A stretch of DNA of 33,593 nt from Candidatus Cloacimonadota bacterium (GCA_029564175.1 JAKQQL010000251.1:1-33593), one strand, 5' to 3'. Positions 1-9,360 are shown, counted from the first letter of the stretch. Program-made: numbers and translations. Notes: generated by a model not told the origin, from the letters alone.

Positions 1-290
1 GCGCTACAACGATAATCGCAAGCTGGACGTAGGGCAATCAACCTGCTTGTCACAGTATCTTTTCTTTCACAAGCTAGTAGCTTGCGCTACAACGATAATC
101 ACAAGCTGGACGTAGGTCAAGCAACCTGCTTGTCACAGTATCTTTTCTTTCGCAAGCTGGTAGCTTGCGCTACAACGATAATCACAAGCTGGTAGTACGG
201 CAAGCAACCTGCTTGTCACAGTATCTTTTCCTTCGCAAGCTGGTAGCTTGCGCTACAACGATAATCGCAGCTGGTAGCTTGCGGTACAAC
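1..290. repeat. BIME/REPIN-like tandem array of GTAG-type REP hairpins, 83-bp period (3 copies plus a partial; probably continues beyond the left edge)
   Basis: GCGCTACAAC recurs at 1, 84, 167 and 250. Each unit holds a forward hairpin GTAGnnCAAGCA-ACC-TGCTTG and an inverted hairpin CGCAAGCT-GGT-AGCTTGCG-CTAC. The array lies just 3' of the MCP stop codon. Confidence 0.9.
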
Positions 291-302
291 ACATCCATCA
301 GT

Positions 303-2303
303 TTATATTTTAAACTTCTTTATCAGTTCATTGAGCTCATCAAAAAGCAAATTAACCGATTGTGTGTTGGTATTGGTATCATTTGCTGAATTGGTTGTAT
401 CCTGAGACAGATTGTTGATTCGCATAATTTCTCTGGTCAACTGATCAATACTTTCACTGATTGAGACCGTCTTTGTCGTAATTAATTCTATCGCCTGGCT
501 CACAGCGGTACTCTTTGCTGAAGTATTTTTAATAATTTCAGCAGCACTTGTGGTGTGTTGGGTAATTGAATTGAGATTATCACTCACATTCTGAGTAATC
601 CGGTCATTTTCCATGACAGTATGTTTAATATCCTGGGAATAACGGTTAATCTGATTAGCCTTTTGGGCAATATCATTAACTGTATTTGCAATCTCATGGG
701 TTGCATGATTCTGCTGGTCAATACTCATGGAGATAGAATTATTAAACACCTGAACCTGGTTGATGACTTCATCAATTTGAACGACATCCTTAAATGATAT
801 TTCGGTTGCATTGAGCATTTTTTTGATTTGAAGCTCTATTTTCTCAGTGGCTTCAGCTGTTTGCTTAGCCAGTTCTTTCACTTCATTTGCCACAACAGAA
901 AATCCTTTTCCTGCTTCACCGGCAGAAGCTGCTTCAATCGTTGCGTTTAATGCCAGGAGATTTGTCTGACGTGCGATTTCATTGATGATAGAGACGATAT
1001 CAGATACTTCATTGGCAATCGTATTCAATTCTTTCATGGCGACTACAGTATTCTTGGTTTTTGTGGAAGCATCTGAGCTGATACGGTAAGCTTGTTGTGT
1101 ATTTTGGTTGACTTCAGAAAGTGAAGCCGTCATTTCTTCAATAGCACTGGCTGCAGAATTAATACGCTCAACAATATCTGCAATATTGTGTGAAATCTGG
1201 TCAATATTACCAGAAACCTGATTCATAGAAAGCGTAACATTTGAAAATGAATCATTTACCTGATCAACATTTCGGGCGATGCTGGAAATGCCTTGTGCGG
1301 CTTGAGAAGATTCAATCGCAAGGCTTTGAATCTCTGAAGCATTATATTGAGATTCATCTGAAATCTGACTAATCTGTTCGTTAACACTCTGGATTTCTCT
1401 GGAAGCGCTACTGGAATCAGCGGTCATTTCCATTGAGTCAGACAGCATTTTCTGCGATAAGTCATTCAAAGCCAGCAAGTTGTTATCCAGTTGCTGATTA
1501 ACTGAATAGATTTTTTTGATGATCTCATGAATTTTATCCAGAAAGATGTTCATCCAAGAGCCTAATTCTCCAATTTCATCACTGGTTTCTACTTTTAAAC
1601 GCTTGGTTAAATCCCCTTCACCTTGCGCAATATCTTTTACCATATTAAGGATATTGTAAATCGGGTTGAGGATATATCGCCTGGAAAAAGCTCTGACAAA
1701 CCATAAAGAAAAAACAAGAACCAGTACAAAGAAAATCAATTGCATGATAATATTTCTAAAAGCTCTGTTTCTCTGGCTATCCAGATTATTTTGCAGAATA
1801 TTGACAATCTGTTCATTTAAGCGAACAGCAATACTGTTGATTTGATTTTTGATAGCAAAAGCCTGTTGAGACTTTTGTTGAATCTCTTCTGAGTTTACAC
1901 CCTGAGCAATATTGACAAAGGCATCAGAAGAGATTTCAAAAAAATCATCATAAAGGGTTTGCAGTGAATCCAGTGCGGTAATAAATTCTGATTTTTCAGA
2001 GCTGGTTTCCTTCATTTTCACAATCAGTTCTTTGATTGTTTTTCCCTGTTCATTTGCAGAATTAACCGCATCAATATCGCCTAAAAGTAAAGCATCTTCG
2101 TAAGACTTGACCTGTTGATTAAATGCAGTATTTAGTTCATTAGAATATACGGTAAGCGGGAAGTATTCTTTTCTGACACGCAGGATATTACTGGTGAGCA
2201 GATAATTGGAGAAAAAGGTAAAAAGGGTTGCCAGAAAGTACGCAGCTAAAATCATCAGAGCGATCATTCTGATTTTATAACTGACAGAAGTGAGCTTTTT
2301 CAT
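303..2303 (-). CDS. Methyl-accepting chemotaxis protein (2 TM, periplasmic helical sensor, HAMP, long signalling domain)
   Basis: TM segments at about aa 12-36 and 185-203; HAMP (PI...DLTKRL...DEIGELG); hairpin tip IARQTNLLALNATIEAASAGEAGKGFSVVANEVKELA. Confidence 0.95.
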   Translation of the reverse strand: MKKLTSVSYKIRMIALMILAAYFLATLFTFFSNYLLTSNILRVRKEYFPLTVYSNELNTAFNQQVKSYEDALLLGDIDAVNSANEQGKTIKELIVKMKETSSEKSEFITALDSLQTLYDDFFEISSDAFVNIAQGVNSEEIQQKSQQAFAIKNQINSIAVRLNEQIVNILQNNLDSQRNRAFRNIIMQLIFFVLVLVFSLWFVRAFSRRYILNPIYNILNMVKDIAQGEGDLTKRLKVETSDEIGELGSWMNIFLDKIHEIIKKIYSVNQQLDNNLLALNDLSQKMLSDSMEMTADSSSASREIQSVNEQISQISDESQYNASEIQSLAIESSQAAQGISSIARNVDQVNDSFSNVTLSMNQVSGNIDQISHNIADIVERINSAASAIEEMTASLSEVNQNTQQAYRISSDASTKTKNTVVAMKELNTIANEVSDIVSIINEIARQTNLLALNATIEAASAGEAGKGFSVVANEVKELAKQTAEATEKIELQIKKMLNATEISFKDVVQIDEVINQVQVFNNSISMSIDQQNHATHEIANTVNDIAQKANQINRYSQDIKHTVMENDRITQNVSDNLNSITQHTTSAAEIIKNTSAKSTAVSQAIELITTKTVSISESIDQLTREIMRINNLSQDTTNSANDTNTNTQSVNLLFDELNELIKKFKI

Positions 2304-2311
2304 ATTTTTTC

Positions 2312-2728
2312 CTATTTAATATTCAATTTCTTTACTGATCCATCCAAGGCACCTGCGGAAATAAATCCAATCGCATTTTGATTTGCAGCAACGTAGGATT
2401 TCACAGCTGCATCTGAATCCAGTTCTTTAGGAGGAGTACCGGTACCCGTAAAAACAGCCTTTTTCCAGAAAGTCTGATATTGAGGCAGTGTTTTTTTAAT
2501 ACCGTCTTTTAAAAAATCATCAGAAACACCCGCCTGTTTATTAAAAGTAGCATTTATACCCTTACCATCAGGCCAGCTTGATTTTTTCCCTGAATAGATA
2601 TTTTGCAGATCAGCAGAGGATATTTCGCCTGTATTGTTTGCTTTATTAACAATCATTATAAAATCACTGGCATACATAGCAATTGCAGCAACCAGGATGA
2701 GCAAAAGGATTGATATTCTTTTAAACAT
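2312..2728 (-). CDS. Small secreted periplasmic-binding-protein-like protein (family usually annotated as phosphate ABC substrate-binding-like), 138 aa
   Basis: The real start is probably ATG at 2728 (MFKRISILL..., GGAGG RBS at 2733-2737), not 2848. Signal peptide; family motifs IVNKAN, LQNIYSGKKSSWPDG, FWKKAVFTG.G.PP, YVAANQNAIGFI. Confidence 0.8.
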   Translation of the reverse strand: MFKRISILLLILVAAIAMYASDFIMIVNKANNTGEISSADLQNIYSGKKSSWPDGKGINATFNKQAGVSDDFLKDGIKKTLPQYQTFWKKAVFTGTGTPPKELDSDAAVKSYVAANQNAIGFISAGALDGSVKKLNIK

Positions 2729-2738
2729 GTTTCCTCCC

Positions 2739-4133
2739 TTAGAAATTGTATGATGCTTTAAAAATTGCATAAGACCAGTTTTCTTCTGCTCCTGCAGCTG
2801 AATTGTCAATTGGGTCAAGATATTCTGAATATACTTTTGCATAGCCATTCATTAAGTGATATTCTGCTTTAAATGTGATATTTGAATTAAAGTCATAGCG
2901 TCCACCAAAGGCAATATCAGATCTCTGATTACGCCAGTCATCAGTTCCTGCTAATAAATCAGTTGTTCCGGCAGGGGTAATCGCTTCTTGTCTGTCAATT
3001 TTTACAAAGTCATATAACAATGAGAAAGTAATTTGATCATTCATCATCCAGCTCAGCATACCATAATAACTGATTTCATCCCGTTCCAGCTTTGCTGTTT
3101 TGGCTAAAGTGGTTTCATCGTAAAAGTTTTGTCGTAAAGTTGTCTTGTTAAATTCCGAAGCAAATGTAAATGTATTATATTGCCATTCTCCTGACACAGC
3201 CCATCTTGCTGGGATGCCCCCATCCCTTTTCTTGGTAAAATTCAGGGTATTGGTTCCAAATGGTGCTGGTGCATCAATGGTCGCAATCGTTTTTGGGGAA
3301 TAAAAATCAAGATCAACTCTGGTAAATGAGAAACCAGTTCTTAGACCATTGACAGGGGTATTCCAGAACAAAGTACCGCCAAAAAGCTGAGTACAACGTG
3401 CTTCTGTATATTCATAAGCAAAATCAAAAGTGGTCGCACCCATGACAAGGCCTGTCTGAGTTTGAGCATCTGCGGCTGATAATCCCTGACCTAAAAAGGC
3501 ATTCATTACAGTTTGGTAAAACGCTTTTTGAACACCAGCGTAAACGACTGAACTGGCAATATCATTGGTTACCCGCATCACCATTTCATCTTTATTCAGA
3601 TTCATTCCACCAGAATAGAAATTATAGTCAAAGGAGCCAATTTTATCGTGTGAATAGTTACCATAAATTCCTGTTCCCTGATAAGCCAGCAGGTAAGGGC
3701 GGTAGTTTTCATCATAAACTGACTGAGGTAGAAAGACCATCGGGCGTAAAATATCGGTATCACGGCCTTCATTGTATAAACCGTATGGTAATTTTACTCG
3801 TCCAAATCTCACACCAAGATAATCTTTATAACGGTAATCAGCAAATGCCCAGTCCAGCTGTGTTTTATTATTATCCAGATCTCCAAAATCACGAGACAAA
3901 AGCTGAAATCCTACTCTAAATTTTGGACTGATTTGAGACGTAATCGTCAAACCAACTTCATTCAGCTCATGAGAACCTTTTTCAGAGTTAGCCACTAAAA
4001 AATCATTCTCCTGTGAAAAAATAAATGATTGCCCCATAAAACCATGCACCTTTACAGGATTTTTTGATTCCTGTGCACTCAGACTTGTCAGTAACATGAT
4101 ACTGATGATTACGAATAAGTGTTTTATCTTCAT
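2739..4133 (-). CDS. Outer-membrane porin-like beta-barrel protein
   Basis: Start ATG at 4133 with GGAGG RBS at 4139-4143; signal peptide ending LSA; motifs VHGF, LDWAFADY, GRVKLPYGLYNE, LPQSVY; C-terminal beta-signal KASYNF. Confidence 0.8.
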   Translation of the reverse strand: MKIKHLFVIISIMLLTSLSAQESKNPVKVHGFMGQSFIFSQENDFLVANSEKGSHELNEVGLTITSQISPKFRVGFQLLSRDFGDLDNNKTQLDWAFADYRYKDYLGVRFGRVKLPYGLYNEGRDTDILRPMVFLPQSVYDENYRPYLLAYQGTGIYGNYSHDKIGSFDYNFYSGGMNLNKDEMVMRVTNDIASSVVYAGVQKAFYQTVMNAFLGQGLSAADAQTQTGLVMGATTFDFAYEYTEARCTQLFGGTLFWNTPVNGLRTGFSFTRVDLDFYSPKTIATIDAPAPFGTNTLNFTKKRDGGIPARWAVSGEWQYNTFTFASEFNKTTLRQNFYDETTLAKTAKLERDEISYYGMLSWMMNDQITFSLLYDFVKIDRQEAITPAGTTDLLAGTDDWRNQRSDIAFGGRYDFNSNITFKAEYHLMNGYAKVYSEYLDPIDNSAAGAEENWSYAIFKASYNF

Positions 4134-4268
4134 TTTATCCTCCATAATAATATACTTATTCATTTTTTTTAAATTTGTCAATCTTTTTTTCAGTCAGCTT
4201 CTTTTTTTGATAAAGAATCGGATAAAACCGTCTATCATCAGCATTTTTTTGGTATAATATAAAAAGCT

Positions 4269-4440
4269 GTAGGGATGAGTGAAGCTTTGAGACCCCAGCA
4301 CTGGGCATCTCATGAGCGCTGTTCATCCGCAATTGTACTGTAAGCTTCCAGCTTGCAGAAAAGGCTATAAGCAAGATGATCGTAATGCTGATCTCGGATT
4401 TACGGCATTCCGCTACGCTCCATTTCGCAAATCCCTACTG
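4269..4440. repeat. Composite palindromic repeat (GTAG-led long hairpin, short CAAGCT-type hairpin, inverted hairpin ending in CTAC); second copy at 24995-25151
   Basis: 4315-4337 (agcgctgttcatccgcaattgta) is identical to 24995-25017. 4394-4440 aligns with 25106-25151. Hairpins: GGATGA(4273-4278)/TCATCC(4323-4328) and GGATTT/AAATCC. Confidence 0.8.
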
Positions 4441-4446
4441 GCCATT

Positions 4447-4601
4447 CTCCGCGTGAGATACAATTCGTGTTTGCAATAGGGGAGGTCATTCATCATTCAT
4501 AATTCATAACTAAACGTACCACCCCGTCAAAGGAGTGGAATTTGTACTCATTCATCATTCATCATTCATAATTCATAATTAAACGTACCACCTCTCCAGA
4601 G
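4447..4601. repeat. Dispersed composite repeat containing TCATTCA/TAATTCA heptamer runs (one full and one partial copy); inverted copies at 22603-22784
   Basis: The reverse complement of 4447-4524 matches 22707-22784 ungapped at 70/78. The reverse complement of 4548-4601 matches 22699-22745. Confidence 0.9.
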
Positions 4602-4626
4602 TCTGTGCAAAAATGAGAGTTCCGGA
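4598..4626 (+). mobile_element. Truncated left end of the MITE-like element seen whole at 31723-31856
   Basis: agagtctgtgcaaaaatgagagttccgga versus agagtttgtggaaaaaccagagttccgga at 31723-31751 (25/29 identical). Confidence 0.65.
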
Positions 4627-4630
4627 TATT

Positions 4631-4782
4631 AACAAGCAGGTTGCTTGACCTACACTGAATAATAATTTTAACAAGCAGGTTGCTTGTCCTACAATGAATG
4701 CTAATTTTAACAAGCAGGTTGCTTGTTCTACAATGAGGCTAAATTAAACAAGCAGGTTGCTTGTCCTACACTGAATGCTAAT
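4631..4782. repeat. Tandem array of 4 REP hairpins (ACAAGCA-GGT-TGCTTGT-CCTAC), period 38-39 bp
   Basis: Units start at 4631, 4670, 4709 and 4747. They are the reverse complement of the GTAGGACAAGCAACCTGCTTG family at 1-290 and 20352-20462. The array abuts the histidine kinase stop codon. Confidence 0.9.
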
Positions 4783-7700
4783 TTATTGAAAAACCTCGTT
4801 TAACTTATGGATTAAATCATCAATTGAGAAAGGTTTTTGTAAAAAGTAAGTGTCTTTATTGAGGACACCGTGTTTCTCTATGATATTAGAAGTATATCCA
4901 GACATAAAAATTAAGCGAATATGAGGACAAAGTTCTTTGATTTTCAGGTACAAATCTTTCCCATTCATTTCAGGCATAATGACATCAGTCAGCAATAGTT
5001 CCAGCTCATCTTTATGTAATATTGCCTTTTCAAGTGCTTCTTTTGGAGAGGCTGCCTTTATGACCTGATAACCCGTATTTGTCAGCATTTTTTCAGTTAG
5101 ATTTAACAATGCGCTTTCATCTTCAACCAGAAGAATCGTTCTATTCTGATTGGATTTTGCAATTGACAAAATTTTATCTGATTCCAGATCAGGGGCATCA
5201 CAGTATGGCAGATAAATCGTAAAACGGGTGCCCTCTCCTTTTTTACTTTCCACGCTGATATAGCCATTATTTTGTTTAACAATCCCATACACCGTAGCAA
5301 GCCCAAGACCGGTCCCTTTTCCGGGGTCTTTGGTGGTAAAGAAAGGTTCGAAGATGTTATGTAATACAGGCTCATCCATTCCGCATCCGTTGTCGCTGAC
5401 GCGTATAAGTACATACTCACCCGGAGATGAGCCAATATGATCGAGACAAAACTTTTCATCGAGATAGGTTCTATTCGTCTCAATGATAACAATTCCTGTA
5501 TTTTCAATCGCATCTCTTGCATTCACACAGAGGTTCGCTATGATTTGATCAATCTGTGACGGATCAATTCGAACGGTATTCTTTTCCTGTTTTGGCAAAT
5601 ATTCCAGACGGATATCTTCTCCAATCAGATGTTTAACCATTTTTATCATATTCTGCAATGTTTGATTAATATCCAGTATTTTGGGTGAAATGGTTTGTTT
5701 TCTTGAAAATGCCAGAAGCTGACGTGTCAGATTAGTTGATCGGGTCGCTGCATTATGAATTTCTTTAAATAAATCATAAAGCGGATGACCTTCATTCAGT
5801 TCCATCATTCCCATTTCCGTATAGCCTAAGATCACACTCAGCATATTATTAAAATCATGTGCGACTCCCCCAGCCAGTCTGCCGACAGATTCCATTTTCT
5901 GTGCTTGAATCAACTGAGTCTGTAATTTTTCCTGTTCTATCTCATTCTGTCTGTTGAGGGTAATATCTCTGACAATGGCTAAAACCTGCTCTTCCCCGTT
6001 TTTGACATATCTGGATTCATAAAAATGCTTTTCTCCTTCTATCTCAATCGAATAAGTGGCATAGATCGGTTTATGATGTTTTAGGACAATGTCAACATTT
6101 TGATGGGTTATATAAGCCAATTCTTCCGGCAATACATTATCTACCATTTGATTAATAAAATAAGCAGGATCGGCATAATGTTTTTCGATTTTGTTTTTTG
6201 GATGACAATCTACAATCCGGCATTCTTTATCAAAAATAAACATCAAATCCGGATTTGCATCCAAAAGCGCTTTATTTCTGTCTAAACTCATTTGTAATGT
6301 TTTTTCAGACGCTTGCCTGAGACATAAATTCAGATACATCTGAGCAAACAAAACCAGCAAATCACACTCTTCATCGGTAAACGTATGCAAGTTCTCAACT
6401 GCATCGAAACCAATAAAACCGATCAGCTTATCATTTTGTAAGATCGGAACTGAAATAAGGCTTTTAATCCCCTGAGGTTCAAGTATTTGACGAGCAAGTG
6501 AATTTTCGAGCTGAGACAAATCAGGGATGTGAATATAATCCCCCTTTTTAAAGTGTTCAATCCATGACTTATCTAATGGGACATTTTGCAGAGTTCCTAT
6601 CTGGGAAGAGACATGTTGATTACACCACTCGTAAAGGTTTGAGCAATTACCGGTATCCTCATCGAAAGTAAAGATGTAAGCTCTGTCCACATTAAAAAAT
6701 TCAGCCATCAGACAAAGAGATTCATTGATACTCTGATCCATGATTTCAAGTGGCATATTGATATATTTTGAAGCAATTCCCATCAGAATTTTTTGAAGTT
6801 CAGATTTTCTTTTTAATGCCTCTTCAACTTTTTTCTTATCTGTGATATCTTCCTTGATTGCAATATAATGGGATACATTGCCCTTCTCATCTATGATTGG
6901 CGCTATTTGTGCCTTTTCATAATAAGGTGTTCCGTTTTTTTTGCGGTTTAAAAATTCCCCTTTCCACTGTTTCCCTTGTGAAAGGGTTTTCCATAAATCA
7001 TCATACTGATTTATATTTTTATCACCATATCTCAGAAAATCTGGATTTTTGCCTATCACTTCCTGAGTTGTGTATCCAGTAACCTCTTCAAAGCGGGGGT
7101 TGACATATTCAATCTTACTGTTTAAATCAGTAATGATAAGCATTGCAGGACTTTGTTCAACTGCTTTTGACAATTGCAGCAGCTTTTCTTCTGTTTCTTT
7201 TCGACTGCTGATATCACGGGCAACAATGTAGAGTCGTAAAGGTTTTCCGTACTTATCATAAACAATTCGGGTATGATCTTCACGCCAGATATAAGTTCCA
7301 TTGGTATGTCTTGCCCGAAAAATATACTGTGCATCACTTGCTTGCTGTCGGTATGCGTTAATAATGGCATTTGTAACATTATCATAATCATCCGGATGAA
7401 TCTTACTCATAATATCATCAGCACATACGGCACCCGGGTCTTCTTCTGTCAGCCCCATCATTTTCATGTATGAGGGTGATTTATATATTGCAGAGCCATT
7501 TTCAACTAGCATCAGCCCGTCTGAAGTATTTTCTGCAATGAGCTTAAATCGTTCCTGACTGGCATGAAATATTTCTTCTGCTTTTTTTCTCTCTGTAATA
7601 TCCCGACAAAAACTAATCAGCAATCCACCACTATCTGGCAGGTAATTGACAACAACCTCAACCTGAAATAATGATCCGTCTTTTCTGCGATGTGTCGTTT

Positions 7701-8367
7701 CAAATGCATCAAAACCATATTTGACTATTTTTTCAATATGTTTTAATGTTTCTTCTGGTTTTTCCACGATCTCCAGATCATTGATTTTTAAATTGAGTAA
7801 TTCTTCATGAGTATAGCCTGACATCGCACAATAAGAAGGATTGCAGTCGATAATTTGCTTTTCTTTATTCGTCAGTATAAACCCATCATTGGTTGTTTCC
7901 AGTATTTTTTTTAGATAGGTTTCTCTGGAGATAATTTTCTCTTCCTTCTCTTTTTCTTTCATCTTGGACTCAAAAAGTTTAAAAGCCATTTTGATAGAAG
8001 CGATTAAAACTGTCTCACCACTGTTTTTTACAATATAGCCATATGAAGTAATTCCTTCAGTTTTTTCAACAATTTCCTTTTCAACATGAGACGAGAGAAA
8101 TACAAGAGGAATATCATACTCTGATAAAATGATACGAGCAGCCTCAGTTCCGCTGATCCCATCTCCCAGATTTATATCCATCAGAATCAGATTGATTGTA
8201 TGTGTTTGCTTTACTAAATCAATCGCTTCTTCTCCTGTATGGGCAACAATTACATCATAACCATTGATTTCCAGTATTTTTTTTTCTAAAAGAACCAGTA
8301 ACTGTTCATCTTCCACCAGGAGAATTATCTTTTTTTGATGAGCTGAATCGCTTTTATCCTGAGTCAT
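4783..8367 (-). CDS. Cytoplasmic hybrid sensor histidine kinase (REC-PAS-PAS-PAS-GAF-PAS-HisKA-HATPase-REC)
   Basis: N-terminal REC ([15 protein letters not shown]); PAS/PAC ends [29 protein letters not shown]-box [13 protein letters not shown]-box [10 protein letters not shown]1 SDNGCGM; G2 GTGLGL; C-terminal REC ([20 protein letters not shown]). Confidence 0.95.
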   Translation of the reverse strand: MTQDKSDSAHQKKIILLVEDEQLLVLLEKKILEINGYDVIVAHTGEEAIDLVKQTHTINLILMDINLGDGISGTEAARIILSEYDIPLVFLSSHVEKEIVEKTEGITSYGYIVKNSGETVLIASIKMAFKLFESKMKEKEKEEKIISRETYLKKILETTNDGFILTNKEKQIIDCNPSYCAMSGYTHEELLNLKINDLEIVEKPEETLKHIEKIVKYGFDAFETTHRRKDGSLFQVEVVVNYLPDSGGLLISFCRDITERKKAEEIFHASQERFKLIAENTSDGLMLVENGSAIYKSPSYMKMMGLTEEDPGAVCADDIMSKIHPDDYDNVTNAIINAYRQQASDAQYIFRARHTNGTYIWREDHTRIVYDKYGKPLRLYIVARDISSRKETEEKLLQLSKAVEQSPAMLIITDLNSKIEYVNPRFEEVTGYTTQEVIGKNPDFLRYGDKNINQYDDLWKTLSQGKQWKGEFLNRKKNGTPYYEKAQIAPIIDEKGNVSHYIAIKEDITDKKKVEEALKRKSELQKILMGIASKYINMPLEIMDQSINESLCLMAEFFNVDRAYIFTFDEDTGNCSNLYEWCNQHVSSQIGTLQNVPLDKSWIEHFKKGDYIHIPDLSQLENSLARQILEPQGIKSLISVPILQNDKLIGFIGFDAVENLHTFTDEECDLLVLFAQMYLNLCLRQASEKTLQMSLDRNKALLDANPDLMFIFDKECRIVDCHPKNKIEKHYADPAYFINQMVDNVLPEELAYITHQNVDIVLKHHKPIYATYSIEIEGEKHFYESRYVKNGEEQVLAIVRDITLNRQNEIEQEKLQTQLIQAQKMESVGRLAGGVAHDFNNMLSVILGYTEMGMMELNEGHPLYDLFKEIHNAATRSTNLTRQLLAFSRKQTISPKILDINQTLQNMIKMVKHLIGEDIRLEYLPKQEKNTVRIDPSQIDQIIANLCVNARDAIENTGIVIIETNRTYLDEKFCLDHIGSSPGEYVLIRVSDNGCGMDEPVLHNIFEPFFTTKDPGKGTGLGLATVYGIVKQNNGYISVESKKGEGTRFTIYLPYCDAPDLESDKILSIAKSNQNRTILLVEDESALLNLTEKMLTNTGYQVIKAASPKEALEKAILHKDELELLLTDVIMPEMNGKDLYLKIKELCPHIRLIFMSGYTSNIIEKHGVLNKDTYFLQKPFSIDDLIHKLNEVFQ

Positions 8368-8394
8368 TATCTCTCCATCATCATTATTCAGGTA

Positions 8395-8423
8395 ATGATA
8401 GCAAATATAATTGCAATTGTCAA
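8395..8423 (-). promoter_or_regulatory. Sigma70-type promoter for the hybrid kinase
   Basis: TTGACA (8423-8418), 17-bp spacer, TATCAT (8400-8395); about 28 bp upstream of the ATG. Confidence 0.65.
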
Positions 8424-8603
8424 ATGATTTTTGATTGATTTTTCAGCATAGTTTCCTAAAGGAAGCTTAAAGGATGGTAAAAGGATGGTAAAAGGAATAT
8501 GAATGGACATGAAGCTATCTTTTTCTATCATTTTTTGATATTTTTTAGGCAAATAAATATAAAAAATAGTGATACTTCTCAAGCTAACTGTAGCTAAGCA
8601 AAA

Positions 8604-9332
8604 TTAAAAACGATAAGGATTAGGCTTATCCAGTGTAAAAACAATTGGAATTGTTACCCACACGCCAATAGGTTTTTTATCACAAAGGGCTGGTTTAAAT
8701 TTAGTCTTCTTAATTGACTCAATTGCGGCTTCATCTAAGCCATCTTTTCCTGGAAGTAAAGATTTTTTTACTTCGACATATGTCGCGTTACCATTCTCAT
8801 CTACATATACATCTAAGAGAACTGTTCCTTGAATCCGTTTTTTCTGAGCAAATCTGGGATATCTGGGAGCAACATGGAAGATAATCTCTGGAGGAGCGTC
8901 ATATATGATATTTTTCCCTTTATCAGAGCCATCAGGGCGGTATTTTTTGATTAATTTCTGTCTCATTCTTTCTAATTCAGGTGTAATTTCAAAATTGACG
9001 GGAATATTGATTTCTGAAACAACGTTTTTTCCTTCATAGGTAGCAGGGATAAATTCTGCTTTTTTAATGATGTCTATCGCTGCCTGATCCAGACCTCCTA
9101 GCCCTTCATTAACTGATTTCATTACGCTTATCTCTCCTGCTTTTCCATCAGGTAAAACCTCAACACACAACACAACTGTACCACTGATTTCCTGAATAAG
9201 CATAAGCTCAGGATATTCTATCATCAAAGGTTTAGCTAATTCTGGTGCCGTATCAGTCATGTAAAACTTAGCAAATAAGCCTGTAAAACTAATTATTAAT
9301 ACGATAAATAAAATAATTCTGCTTTTCATCAT
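8604..9332 (-). CDS. Protein with two tandem TonB C-terminal domains
   Basis: Two copies of the pattern P.YP......I.GTV.L.V.V..dG....V.KS....GLD.AAI..IKK..F.PA......V...IP..F; N-terminal signal-peptide-like segment. Confidence 0.85.
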   Translation of the reverse strand: MMKSRIILFIVLIISFTGLFAKFYMTDTAPELAKPLMIEYPELMLIQEISGTVVLCVEVLPDGKAGEISVMKSVNEGLGGLDQAAIDIIKKAEFIPATYEGKNVVSEINIPVNFEITPELERMRQKLIKKYRPDGSDKGKNIIYDAPPEIIFHVAPRYPRFAQKKRIQGTVLLDVYVDENGNATYVEVKKSLLPGKDGLDEAAIESIKKTKFKPALCDKKPIGVWVTIPIVFTLDKPNPYRF

Positions 9333-9360
9333 CTTTTCCTCATTATCTTTCTAATATGAT

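Noticed and set aside
1..290. CRISPR array, or the 74-aa ORF at 165-389
   Set aside because: The whole 83-bp unit repeats with no unique spacers; the ORF is translated repeat sequence overlapping the MCP antisense
2729..2848. Longer start for the PBP-like gene overlapping the porin
   Set aside because: The signal peptide and RBS point to ATG 2728
4631..4782. Mini CRISPR array (palindromic repeat x4)
   Set aside because: The spacers are only about 15 bp and resemble each other, the repeat is a GTAG-REP found elsewhere in both orientations, and there are no cas genes
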